Positions 1 through 12,396 of a DNA stretch of 64,000 nt are shown here, piece by piece. Source of the DNA: Moniliella sp. 'wahieum' (taxonomy: Eukaryota); assembly GCA_003971905.1 (NCBI GenBank), contig RSEE01000075.1, positions 186,001 through 250,000 of the forward strand. Reading direction: 5' to 3'. The translations under genes and the position numbers were made by a program. How positions within the stretch are numbered: position 1 is the stretch's first letter; each line of letters starts with the position of its first letter. The notes beneath the pieces were generated by a model. The model was not told the origin of the DNA. It worked only from the letters and a program-made list of their open reading frames with translations, and made no database searches.

Positions 1-2159
1 TTTTTGTAATCCTTGATGAGCCAAGAGCGTGGAAGCCCTTCATCGGGAACGGGAGCCCTAGCCCGGCTTGGAACACACTGATCAGAAGCGTTTCCGTCGT
101 CGGGTCGAAAAAGACTTCTTGCACGGCCATCTTTCCCGTATTAATGCCAAAAGAGCTTGCTTGCGGTCGCTATATCTCCCGAGTCAGTTCAGCTCTTGTT
201 GAAAGAAGAAACAAGAAGGGGGACGTACATAATCTCCTCCCAATACGCGGTCCATGGATCGACCATTGGCATCCATACGCGCAGGGTCGAGGATAAAATG
301 CGCGGCATCGTCCACATGGCTAGCGTTCTCATCCTTCCACACATCTTTAAACGACCACACGGTCCGTCCCGTTTCGGGTGACAGGGCGATAAGATTGCCC
401 TGGGAAATGAGGTAGATGTACTGGTCATCCGCAAACAGTTTCCAGTGGAACAATTCAGACCTGCGACAGAGTTAGCGGCCACACCCCAGAAAATGCATCG
501 TACATACTCCAGTTCTTTCTCCAGGTCCGGACGGACGTGGGGTGGGGCAACGTTCGAGGACCAGGGATGATCCGTCACCACGCCTTTTTTCTCTTCTCCA
601 GTCTCAACGTTGAAGGTGGACAGGTGGGTGCGGTCCTTTCCAGAGCTAAAGGGAGGGTCAATAGATCAATACGGTTGTTTCGCACGACGCAGATACGAAA
701 CAGTCGGACATACAGGTGATACACCATCGGGTAACAGACCGCGGTAAATAGCATGATGTTGTCCAACATGCGTTGGTATTGTGGGTGGGTAAGGTCTCTA
801 GTACACATACACATCGTGCGTACCACCTCCGGCGCGGTCTCTGACTCAAAAGAAACAGTCGACATGTTGAAGGGAATGCGGCGTTTCTCCCCATAGTCCA
901 CCCAGTCTTGGCAGCACAAGAGGTAAAGTTAGAGCACTGTAGCAGAGCCAAAGGAAAGGCGACCTAACAAGGGGGGGGGGGAACGTACCTTCATCGACCT
1001 CCCACCTCCAAGTCCAAAAAAAGAGCACCATCTTCCCCTCTCGATGGACCCGCAATATGTGCTGGGTGGATGTCCAGGGGCTGGGCTGCGGCAGCGGCGG
1101 CAAAGTAACCGTGGTCAATTCTTGAAACGAGGGGAGCTCCGCCACCTCGATCAAACCATCCTCAAGCGGATTAAACATGCTGGTCGGGGTGTTGAGAAAG
1201 ACGCGGGAAACGTAGTCTTCAGGCAAGCGTGGATCCGAGTTCCAGGGATAGGGACTGATTAAATCAGCCAGATCTGGTTCGAGAGAGACGTTGGGCGCAG
1301 CCGTGCTAAAGGGGGGATCCACCCCTTTGGTCATCCGTTCGCCTGCCAACGTCCATCCGAACTGCCGCTCCAGCAGCTCGGCAGCGACCACGAGGCCCTG
1401 CCATGTCTGGGGCACAGTGGCGAACCCGGCGATGCGCGCGGCATGGGCCAACGTGGTACACGACCTGGGAAAACCAAGAAAACGGATGGCCAGCCGGTGC
1501 CAAACCGACTCGTCCTGCAGCTGGGAATGCAAGGCTGGAGCAACATGTCAATGCCAATGTCAATCGTGGTCCGGGGCCAAGGCCGCGGAAGGAGGAGGGG
1601 ACGTACCCTTGCAGGTCCAGGAAAGCTTGATTAGCTGGCGAGAAGACAGCACGCCGCACGCGCAAATGTCGTGCATCACCTCGGGAGGCAGGGAGAGGAG
1701 GTGCGGGGGCAGGCGGGGGCGGGGTTTGGTGGCCACAGGGGCGGGGGAGGCAGCGGGCGCGCGCGGCGGGCTAGCAGGAGCGGTGATGGAGGGGGCGGGG
1801 GCGCGCTTCGGGATGGCCTGAGAGGCAACGGAGGGGGCGGGGGCGCGCGGCAGACTGGCCGGGGCGGCGACAGAAGCCGCGGGCGCGCGCGGCGGGCTAG
1901 CTGCAGCGGGCACGGAGGGGGAGCGCGCGCGCTTCGGGAAGGCCGGGTGGTCTGGGTGGGCCTCGCGCAGAATGCGGTGGGCGGCAAGAAGAACGCCCGG
2001 CGCATCGCTCGGCAGGTCGTACTCCAGCAGCGACTTTTGTGACAGCGCGGCGACGAGAGCGTCCTTGCTGAGGCCCGCCGCGGACGGGATGCCGGCGGCA
2101 GAGGCAATGGAGCGCAGTGGGCCCACGTCGCACGCGGCCCAGAAGAACTGCTCGGACAT
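1..2159 (-). CDS. F-box protein with N-terminal HeH/Rho_N-like motif and C-terminal PQQ/WD-like beta-propeller, copy A (3' end outside window; spliced, frameshifted)
   Basis: ATG at 2159 (MSEQFFWAACDVGPLRSIASAAGIPSAAGLSKDALVAALSQK). F-box-like LLSLPPEVMHDICACGVLSSRQLIKLSWTCK joins across a GTACGT..CTCCAG intron (1535-1606) to LHSQLQDESVWHRL. Propeller-type motif YLISQGNLIALSPETGRTVWSF. Colinear with copy B. Confidence 0.7.
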
Positions 2160-2618
2160 GGCGCGGCGCCGCGGGAGGGCACGGGGCAGCAAGAAGAGGC
2201 GGTGGCAGAGCGCAGTGCCCAACGCGAAGCGCATCGGGTTGGTATGGGGGCCGTGCACATCCAACGCGTAACCCTGCACGTGGTGTCCTGAGGCCCGAGG
2301 CATGAGGCCTGCCTGAGGATCGCCTGTCTCACGCAGCTGCGCCCTGACATGTGACAGGGGCCTAGTGCTGCTGCGGGGCGAGCGCTGTGTAATTAGAGTT
2401 GGCGGCTGGACAGCAGAACGTTTTGCACAACCGAGACGCACCCTCACGTCCTCGGCTCTTCTTCATCCTTCCCCTTTTCATCCGATTGCCCTCGACTCCT
2501 CCGTCGTCCCTTCGCCCTTTGTAAGTGGCTAACGCTTGTGGCGTCCCTTCTAATAGAATTGCCCGTCTTCCCTCATTTCCTCCTTGGTTACCTCGTCCGG
2601 TTCGGGCATTATATACTC

Positions 2619-3086
2619 TGTCACGGGCGGGCTGCCAGGAGGACCTTTTGGGGTACAATCCCTTAGGCGACGGTAGGTCGACTCACGGTAGTTTCGGGCT
2701 TGGGCTGATTGGTGAATCCGAGCGGAGCTAGGGACGAGGAGAGGCCTTTGGTGGGGCGGCTGCACGTGTGGCGAGGCTGCGTCTGCACCGGCTTGGGCCG
2801 TAGTAACGTGTCTGAAGCCTCCGGGACTTGTGGACGGGAGGAAGACAGCGGTGGACAAACACTGCCTCAAATGAGACTGGAAATCGACGCGGCCAGAGGA
2901 GGGCTCGCGCGACTGGACTGACGAATGGCTGGAGGACGAGGTCGGAGGAGATGTCGGACGCTAACAAGTAGGCTGCCTGTACTGGATCAATTGGCTGGAA
3001 AAAGGGGCAGGAGTCGGACAGGATAGGCGTAACAGGCGGGCCTTAGCTTGGGTCGGACCATCTTGGGTCCGCCGCAGCCCGTGACA
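2619..3086. mobile_element. Solo LTR (468 bp) of an LTR retrotransposon, different family from the element at 7833
   Basis: Begins TGTCACGGGC and ends GCCCGTGACA (10-bp terminal inverted repeat, TG..CA). Flanked by a perfect 5-bp TSD TACTC (2614-2618 and 3087-3091). Confidence 0.9.
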
Positions 3087-3884
3087 TACTCCCTCCCACC
3101 CTGAAGCTGGAGGCAAAACCCACATTTATGCCTGCTCATATACACTCTGCAGCCGAACCCGTCGGCCACCTGGGTTACTGGCCTAGTCAAACCAAAGCCT
3201 AGCGGGACTGCCCTCTGGTGCCACCCACTGAGAGGTGGTAGCCAATGTACTGCCGAGCTGGTCTGCTCTCTGGTGTGCTACGCACTGAGTGAGCCAAATA
3301 TATACTGCAGAGCAGTTAGTCACTGTACTGCCCAGCTGGCCTGCTCGTAGTACTTTTGATCCGTCGAAAGCGCTCCCACGGATGCCCTGATGAGGCGGTC
3401 CAACGTCCATGACAGTGGTTGTTGTTTCTCTACTGATGACGTGCCAAAGTTTTGGTGACAGCACCGTCGCGCACATCTCTCCATGTCGGTCATACTCATC
3501 CTGCAAACATTTTCACGATTCGGTGTTACACCGTTGGAGAAAAGCTGTCCAACCCCATATGATTGCCAGCTCAAACATATCCAACGAGGAAGTGCAATCG
3601 GATGATATTCTTACTGCCTTTGCAGCCTCCGCTTGCTGCTGTTGGGGGGGTAGTGCTAGGCTTCCCCTGTTCGCCCTCAGTGGATCGGTGACGCTTTCGC
3701 TTAGCCGGTTGAAAGAGTTCCACTCTCAGGGCGCGCACACCCTGCTCGCTCCATCTCCCTTCTCTCTCTCCTGTCTCCTTGCCTTCAGATGTTGCTTGAA
3801 GACTTGTGGCTCACCACTTTTCCGTCACGCCTTGTCTGAAGGTTTGCTTTGCAGCTGATCCATAGGATCGCCCACAGTCACTGC

Positions 3885-3964
3885 CCTGCCTCAGCTCTGG
3901 CAGTGTTTATCCTCCACTGCAGCTACCCGTCTCTAAGCTCCGGAGGCTTCAGACACGTTATTAC
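3885..3964. mobile_element. Diverged LTR-related relic, inverted relative to the solo LTR
   Basis: 3940-3960 is the exact reverse complement of 2804-2824 (21 nt) and 3899-3908 of 2857-2866, with colinear partial similarity between. Ends not defined. Confidence 0.6.
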
Positions 3965-4082
3965 CCCCATCGCACATACCCCAATTTCTCTCCACATCTC
4001 CTTGCTCCACCACTCTTCCGCCTTGTGCCACGGTTACTCTTTGCACCACCGCTCCCCTTTTAAGGTAGTGCGTCGATGCGAC

Positions 4083-4301
4083 TCTGACCAGTGGCAACAG
4101 ATCACCTGGGCTGTATCTACGCGAGGGAGGGAACACTCCGACGGTTGGGTGGATGTTGACCTTGTACAGTCACGTGCTGGTTCCCCCCATGTTCCCTCGA
4201 GTGGTAATCCGTACTAGTACTGATTAACTTCGGATCTGACCAGTGTCAGCACATCACTTGGGCTGAATCTACGCGAGGGGAACACTCCGACGATTGGGTG
4301 G
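4083..4301. repeat. Imperfect ~70-bp direct repeat (4083-4152 and 4235-4301)
   Basis: TCTGACCAGTG..ATCAC(C/T)TGGGCTG(T/A)ATCTACGCGAGGG..AACACTCCGACG(G/A)TTGGGTGG occurs twice. Confidence 0.8.
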
Positions 4302-4326
4302 GAGGCAAAGGGAGGCAACCGAGGGG

Positions 4327-7300
4327 CTACCTACCGTGCAGGGCAGTGGAAGGCGGGAACAGGTTGAAAAAACAGTAGAGGTAGTCGCGCCTGAGGCAGA
4401 GTTGCGTCGTATCGGGGTTGGTCACCACTGCTTCGCTCCATAGCAGCTCGCCCGAGGTACAGTCCAAGCTGGCCACATGCGCGCCCTCATCTGCATTGCA
4501 CGCCAGCACGACCAAGCTCTGGTCCACCCGGTCCAGTGAGCTCAAATGTAAATGCGGTATATCTCTTGTGGCGGCCGGTGCGTGCGCTGGGCGCGTCGTG
4601 GACCAAGTCCGGATGATCGTAGTCCATGGGAAGCAGAAGGTCCTCCTCCACCAGCCGGAGCGCATCGCGGTCCACTTCGCCTTTGTCTCCGCCTTCTGCT
4701 CCTTCTCTTTCAAACGTTAAACAACACTGACTTTGTGGCGCCCCGATCGGCACGGATCTAGAGAGTGGTTCTGCCCGCCTCGCGGCGCGCCAGGCTAGTG
4801 CTCCTCCAACCAGCGCTCGGCCTGCTGGCCCCAGTCCCACACGAGGAACGCACCGACTTGCAGCCCGCCGTCGTCTAGGACCCGATCGCGGTGCGCCTGG
4901 CTCTCCTCGTCCAGCAGGATCAACGTCGCGCCGGTGGCGGTCAACGTATTGAACTTGAGACGCAGCTGCTCAGCGAGCACGCTGGCCCAGAGCAAGGCTT
5001 CGTGCCCGCCCCGCTGGCGCTTGTTGGAAACCCGGGTGACAATGTTGTGGTAGCCGGCGGGCGAGAGGGAGCGCCAGACGGGCCCGGCGACCAGCCGGCA
5101 CAGCCGGATCTCCTCGGGCTTCCGCGCGTGTTTCCAGTCAATGACAAATGGCACAAGCAAGCCATCGGGCTTGGACCCGCGTGGGATTCCTCCCGGGGTA
5201 GACTTGCCCTTCCTGTTCCATCGCCAGCCGTAGTTGATCTGTGGCAAGAGCATTCGCCCGTTGCCCACGGAATGGCCACAGTGGTGAGGGAACGTGGACT
5301 CCTGCAGCTGCAGAAAGGCCATCCAGCTCACACGTTCCGACACGATCATTTTTTTGTAATCCTTGATGAGCCAAAGAGCGTGGAAGCCGTCCATCGGAAA
5401 TGGGTGCTGGATCCCGGCATGGAACACACTGATCAGAAGCGTTTCCGTAGTCGCGTCGAAAAACACTTCTTGCACAGCCATGCTTCCCGTCCCAATGCCA
5501 ATGCTGTATCGATGGGGTCGCTACCTCCATCCCGAGTCAGCTCAGCTATTGTTAAAAGAAGAAACAAGAAAACGAGGTGGGCGGGGGGGTACGTACACCA
5601 TCTCCCACTACGCGTTCCATCGAATGACCATCGACATCCATACGCTCAGGATCGAGGATAAAATGAGCGGCATTGTCCAAATGGCTAGCGTTCCCATCCT
5701 TCCACATGTCTTTAAAGGACCACACGGTTTGTCCCGTTTCGGGTGACATGGCGATAAGGTCGCCCTGCGAAATGAGGTACACGTACTTGTCATCCGCAAA
5801 CAGTTTCCAGTTGAACACTTCGGAGCTGCGATAGAGTTAGCGGCCAAAACCCCAGAGGATGCATTCGACATACTTTAGTTCTCTCTTCAGGTCTGGACGG
5901 GCGTCGTACGGCACCTTGTTCTCGAACCAGGGATGATCTGTCACCACACCTTTGTCCTCGACCCCAGTCTCAACGTTAAATGTGGATAGGTTGGTGCGGT
6001 CCTTTCCAGAGCTGAAGGGAGGGTTAATACATTTGTTTGGTATGACGCAGATACTAAACAGTCGGACATACAGGTGGTACACCTTCGGGTAACAGACCGC
6101 GGAAAACATCACGATTTGGTCCAGCATGCGTCGGTATTGTGGGTAGGTAAGTTCTGCACAACACAAACACATGGTGCGTACCACCTCCGGTGCGTTCTCT
6201 GACTCAAAGAAACAGTCGACATGTTGAAGGGAATACGGCGTTTCTCTCCAGTATCCACCCAGTCTTGTCGGTGTCGGTACCACAAGGAAGTTAGCGTTAG
6301 AACACTGTAGCAGAGCCAAAGGGAAGGCCACCCAACAAGGGGGCAACGTACCATCATCGACCTCCCAACTCCAAGTCCAAAAAAAGAGCACCGTGTTCCC
6401 CTCTCGATGGACCCGCAATACATACTGGTAAGATGTCCAGGGGCTGGGCAGCGGCAGCGGCGGCAAGGCAACGGAGCTTGGGCAATAAAACGAGGGGAGC
6501 ACGCCCACATCGATCAAACCATCCTCTCTCGGGTGAAAGACGCTGGTCGGGGTGTTGAGAAAAACGCTGGAAACGTGGTCTTCGGGCAAGCGTGGATCCG
6601 GATTCCAGGGATAGGGACTGATGAAATCAGCCAGCTGTGATTCGAGAGAGACGTTGGGCGCAGCCGTGCTAAAGGGAGGTGGATCCACCCCTTTGCTTAT
6701 CCGTTCGCCCGCCATGGTCCATCCGAACTGGTGCTCCAGCTCGGCCGCAACGACGAGTCCCTGCCATGTCTTGGCGACTTTGATGAACCCGGCGAGGCGC
6801 GCGGCCTGGGCCAACGTGGTACACGAGCGGGGCAGCCCAAGAAAGTGGATGGCCAGCCGGTGCCACACCGACTCGTCCTGCAGCTGGGAGTACAAGGCTG
6901 GGGCAACATGTCAATGTCAGCCATGTCACCCGCGCGCCGGGGCCGAGGCCGTGGAAGGAGGACGGGACGCACCCTTGCAGGTCCAGGAGAGCTTGATGAG
7001 CTGGCGAGGAGACAGCACGCCGCACGCGAGAATGTCGTGCATCACCTCGGTAGGCAGGGAGAGGAGGTGCGAGCGCGGGCGCGGTCGGGGTGGGTGGCCG
7101 GGGAGGCGACGGAGGGGGCGGGCGGGCGCGGCTGGCTGGCCGAATGGAGCTCGCGCAGAAGGCGGCGGGCGGCAAGAAGAACGCCCGGCGCATCGTTGGG
7201 CAGGTCGTACTCCCGCAGCGACTTGTGCGACAGCGCGGCGATGAGATCATCCTTGCTGAGACCAGCCGCGGACGGAATGCCGGCGGCGGAGGCAATGGAG

Positions 7301-7347
7301 CGCAGCGGGCCCACGTCGCACGCGTGCCAGAAGAACTGCTCGGGCAT
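4327..7347 (-). CDS. F-box protein with HeH/Rho_N-like motif and PQQ/WD-like beta-propeller, copy B (complete; spliced, frameshifted)
   Basis: ATG at 7347 (MPEQFFWHACDVGPLRSIASAAGIPSAAGLSKDDLIAALSHK). F-box with the same intron position as copy A. ORF pieces 5837-6895, 5552-5818, 4795-5481 and 4327-4713. Motifs GDLIAMSPETGQTVWSF and HVASLDCTSGELLWS. Confidence 0.7.
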
Positions 7348-7832
7348 GGCGGCGCGCCGCGGGAGGGCGCGGGGCAGCAAGCGGGGGAGGCGGTGGCAGA
7401 GCGCAACGCACAAGGCGACGCGCAAAAGCATGGCCGATGCCCACGCGTAACGCGTAACCCTACACGTGGTGTCCTGAACCCTGAGGCTCAGGCCTGACCC
7501 CTGACCGGTGACCTGAAGCTCATTCTGCTGTCTCAGGCAGCAGCACCCGGACAGTGGCCTGGTGCCATCGCGGGTTTAGCACTGTGTGCCTAGTTATGTG
7601 GTGCTTCCGGCGGGACAGCAGAACGTTTTGGACGACAAACGACACGCACGCTCGCGTTCTTGGCTCGCATCTGTCACCATTTCATCCCATTGCCCTCGAT
7701 TCCTCCGGTCTTCCGTTCGCCCTTGGTCGGTGGCTAACGCTTGTGGCTTCCCTCCTCAAAGGATTGCCCCTGTTCCCTCATTTCATCCTTAGTTGCCTCG
7801 TCGGGTTAGGGGATCCCCTCTTCCATCACTGC

Positions 7833-8607
7833 TGTGACGGGGTGGCTGGTTTCCCAGGCGGAGACCTTCCCTGCCCATCGGAGACAGTACTCACGGAGGA
7901 CTGAACGCGTTTCAGATCCAAAGTCCAAGGCTCACTGGCGTGAACGTAGGAGGGTCGTGAGTGATGCTTTACGGTGCGTCGAGCAGAGCCTGTGCAGCGG
8001 TCGGCAAGTAGAGGTTGCGAAAGGTGCAGCGGTCTGCGAGCTGAGGTTGCGTGTATAGGGGCTGGACGCGAAAGCAGTGTGCTCCGATGGGCGAGGGAGG
8101 GCGAGCGAGCGGTGCGAGAGGTGTTCCTTCTAGAAGTGGAGAGCCTAGAAGAAGGGTGAAGGGGAAAGAATGGTCGGCGGCTTGGGCCATCATCATTGGA
8201 TCTAAGAACAGGCAGGTTTTATAGAAGAGAAAGGGGACAAAGCAAGACCAAGAGGTCTACAGAGCAAAAGGGGAAACGAGCCAAGGGAAGGAAAGAGGAC
8301 CAAGCGCGAGAGGGACGAGGCGAGAGACGAGACGAGGGTCAAGGGCAAAATGGACCCGAGACGAGAAACGAGGCGAGAAACTAAGTCGAGAAACCATGTG
8401 TTGTGTTTTGGATTTTAGACGAGCGCGAGCGGAGAAACCAAGATAGTTGTGGGTTTTGTTGATAGGAAGACGATCCGAGTCAAGATAGCGAAAGAGAAGA
8501 GAAAACGAGTCGAGATAGGCGAGATGGTGGAAGAAGCCGAGAAGCGATAGAAACGATAAGGAAGTGGAGGCGGCTGTGCAAGGTAGTTCAGACATCGCCC
8601 CGTGACA
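7833..8607 (-). repeat. 3' LTR
   Basis: Plus strand TGTGACGGGG...CCCCGTGACA. Matches 13627-14397 apart from a few small indels. Confidence 0.97.
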
Positions 8608-8620
8608 TTACCACCCCCTA
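8608..8620 (-). promoter_or_regulatory. Polypurine tract
   Basis: Minus strand TAGGGGGTGGTAA immediately precedes the 3' LTR TGTCAC. Confidence 0.8.
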
Positions 8621-11600
8621 CTAAGCTTCTTGGCTGTTCGTAGGTACTTGTCCACCTGCCGACGGCGTGCCGTAGGGCAAGGGGCATCTGGGTGGTCGCG
8701 ATGGAAAGCAACCACGGCTGGGGCTCCATGGCTGAGCTCCGAAGTTGGGATCCATTCGTTGTGGCTGGCAGGGAAACCAGTCCAACGCACGAAGTAGAAG
8801 TAGGACCGTCCATCGCGTCGACAGTCGAGAATCTCTTCGACACGGTAGGCCTCCTGACCGTCGACAATCTCTGGCTCCGGCACGGCAGGGGGATGGGAGC
8901 GGGCGTCGACGCGGTCAGGTCGAAGAGGTTCCAGATAGGCCACATTCACCACGGGGTTGATGGTGTGGAGGTCGCGAGGCAAGTCCAACCGGTAGGCATT
9001 GTCATTGACCTTCTCCAAAACTTTGAAGGGCCCAAGGTAGAGGGGATCCAACGTAGAAGTAGAGCGTCCGGCTGCCATGCGGGTGTGTTCGACCAAAACC
9101 ATGTCTCCTGGGTGCAAGTCAGGCGAAGCCGTGCGGCGCTGATTGGCGTAGTGTTGATGGCGCTTAGCAGCTTCGGCAAGACAGGCAGCAGCTTTACCAA
9201 TCGCCTCGGAGCGGGCAGCAACGAAGTCGGGAGGCGAAAGGGGGAGCGGAGAGAGAGGAGCGAGGTTCGTAGCCCAGGATCAACTTGAAGGGAGTTTGTC
9301 CTGTGCTGGCGCTCACGGCATTGTTTGCAGCGAACTCGGCGGCGGGCAATAGAGTAGCCCAGTTGGTTTTAGAACCGTCGATGTAGAACCGCAAGTACGT
9401 TTCGAGTTGCTGGTTGGCTCGTTCTGCTTGACCAGATGTCTGAGGCCAAAGTCCTGAGCCTAGACACGAGCGAATGCCATGGAGAGCGAGGAAGTCGCGG
9501 AAGAGGGAACTGGTGAAGGTAGGGCCACGGTCCGACACCAATTCTTCCGGGTAGCCACGGAGAGAGAACACGTGCTTTTCAAGCTGGTCGCACAAGGTTT
9601 GGGCATTATCCTGCGTACTGGCTGGGATGAAGGTGCAGTACTTGGAAAGCGATCGACCACCACCAAAATGGCATCGTACCCATCCGACCGAGGTAGGCCA
9701 ACGATATGGTCCATTGCCAAGGATTGGAAAGGCCGGGTCGGGGTAGGCAGGGGCATAAGGTATCCTTGTTGAGCGTGACGCCGATGCTTGTTGCGCTGGC
9801 ACTCAAGACAACCCGACACATAGTTGCGTACATACTCGTACATGCCAATCCAGAACCAGTGCCGATGGACGAGATCAAAGGTTTTGTCCCGCCCTGGGTG
9901 GCCAGCAGTCTCCTTGTCGTGTGCGTGTGCCAAGATCCGGCGTCGAAGGCCATCACTGTCGGGCACGTAGACTTGTTCTCCGTGGTACAGCAACCCATTG
10001 GACAAGCGCCATCCTTCCGCTGTAGAGGCATCTTCCTCCAGCGCGGCACAGATCTCGCGATATTTGGCATCATCTGGCAGCAGCTCTCGTAGACTTGCGA
10101 GCAGCGGAGTGTCTTCGGGTGGTGTAGGCGTTTCACCCCCCTCCTCAGGGCTAGGTGAAGTGTCCAAAGCAATTGCAGCCAACTTCAGTGGGGTACCGGT
10201 GGTTGATTGGCCCTCAGGTCCGATAGACAGTGGAACCATAAGGGGTCGCTCTTGGCCAAGCAAGTCATCCGCCACGGGTCCGACGTAGTCCGGGCGGCGA
10301 CTCAGAGCGTCTGCGATAACGTTGCTTCCACCGGGCCGGTACTGAAGATGAATGTTGAAGGCCGAAATTTCCTCATGCCACCGCGCTTGGCGACGAGCCA
10401 GACGTTTGGGCGCGGTAAAGGCAGTGAGGTTGGCATGGTCCGTTAAAACAATGACTGAGGGGACCGATACGACATGGTGCCTCCAAGTACGCAGCGCCTC
10501 CAGGACAGCGAGCAGTTCTTTTTCTCCAACGGTGTAATTGCGTTCTGCACCGGTGAGGGTCCTGGAGTAATAGGCAGCGGGATGCCAACGCTGGTCGTCA
10601 TGTTTTTGTGCCAACACGGCCCCAAGGGCATAGTCCGAAGCGTCCGTTTCGACCCGAGTCTCCAGTTCGGAGTCGAAGTGGCGCAGGACCGGGGTAGTAG
10701 TCAATGCAACCTTCAACGCTGAGAAGCTTTCCTCATGCTTCTCAAGCCATTCAAAGGGTTGACTCTTCTTCAATAGGTCGTTGAGGGGGCGAGCCAACTG
10801 GCTGAACCCGCGCACAAATCGACGCAAGAAGTTTGCCGCTCCCATAAAGACACGAATGTCTCTAACCGATTTGGGAGTGGGCCATTCTGCAAACGCCTTG
10901 GCCTTGGTAAGGTCGACATGGACTCCCTCTGCATCGACCACATAACCGAGATAGGCGCAAGAGGGTTGGTGGAACCGACATTTCTCCAGAGAGGCGTAAA
11001 GTTTGTTCTCTCGGAGTCGAGTCAGAACCTCCCGTACAAGAGCCGTGTGTTCCTCTCCGTTGCCGCATAGCAGAGGATGTCATCGATAAAACAAACCACT
11101 CCCGAACCAGGCCTTGCGACCAAGTCGCGGAAGATCGAGTTCATCAAAGACGTGAACGTTGCTGGCGCATTCGTCATGCCAAAGTTCATCACAAGGCTCT
11201 CGTACGTCCCCATCGTTGTCACGAAAGCAGTTTTGGGGACGTCTTCCTCCGTCACACGGACCAGATTGAACGCGCCACGCAGGTCAAGCGAAGTAAAGAT
11301 TTTCGACCCTTGTAGGCTGTCCAACGCATCCGCCATGAGTGGCAGAGCGACCTGGTGCTTGACCGAGACCGAGTTAAGACCTTTGTAGTTAACCACGAGA
11401 CGTAGGTCGCCATTCTTCTTCTTGATGTAGAATACAGGCGCGCCCCACGGTGAACGAGACCGGCGGATAAATCCTCTTTCGAGGTTCTCCTTAATCCAGG
11501 CCCTGAGGGCTTCGGTCTCATCCCGGGACAAGGGGTATGCGCGTGAGAAACTTGGTTTGGCGCCGTCTTGGGTCTCGATGGTATGGTCAAAACCTGGTCG

Positions 11601-12396
11601 GTGGGGAGGTAAACGGTTCGCTCGGTGGACGGAAAAGACATCTGGGAAGTCCTTGTACTCCTGAGGCAATTCCCGTGCAATTGTTTCTTCTCGTCCAGAG
11701 CTGGGGCATCTTCGGGGAAGAGGGGGAAAGGTTCCTCCTCCTCGGTGCCAGTCGAATCCCCTCCGCCCGCCGCGAATTGGGCAGAGTTGATGCGTAAGTG
11801 TGGTTCGGTTACCACTTCGAGGCTTAGGGAGGTGATGCGGCCAATCTCTGCATCGGGGTCCTCCCTCAAAGCTCTCATCGCGTTCGCCATTGAACAGAGC
11901 GAGATCGTTGGCGAGCGACGAGGTTGATCCGGTGCTTTCGTCGTGGCCTGCTTGCCGGGGTCTGGACCGACAAGCTTAGCAGCCTTGTGGCACACGAAAG
12001 AAGCGAGCGTGTAACCCAGTTAACGAGTGGGTTGTGAGTCCTGAGGAAATCATAGCCAAGAATCAGGGGCTGTGAAGGTAGAGGACAAGCGAAAAAGGTG
12101 TGCAAACGTGGTCGCCAACGGTCAACTCTACAGTTGTGAACTGGGTGATGTCCCCACCCGCAAGTGAAGTGCCATCGGCTAGACGTACCCTCTGAGGTTC
12201 TTTGAGGTTTTGGAAACGGAGTCCAAACCGGGCAGCAAACGTCGGTGAGATGAACGACGCAGAGGCCCCTGAGTCGACCAAGGCGGTACCGGTTGCCTTG
12301 GTGTTGTCCTGCCGAAGCTGAACTCTAGTCCGGATGAGAGGTTCTCCTCCGGAGCCGAGTGCTCCGACCTGGACAGCCGAGGGTGTGGAAGCCCCC
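8608..12396 (-). CDS. pol: pol polyprotein (protease, RT, RNase H, integrase, chromodomain); frameshifted in this consensus
   Basis: PR ALVDSGASASFIS; RT SPWGAPVFYIKKKNGDLRLVVNYKGLN...FIDDIL; RH ETDASDYALGAVL; IN HDKETAGHPGRDKT..CLECQRNK, VSDRGPTFTS, GQAERANQ; chromodomain YRVEEILDCRRDGRSYFYFVRWTGFPASHNEWIP. Confidence 0.95.
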
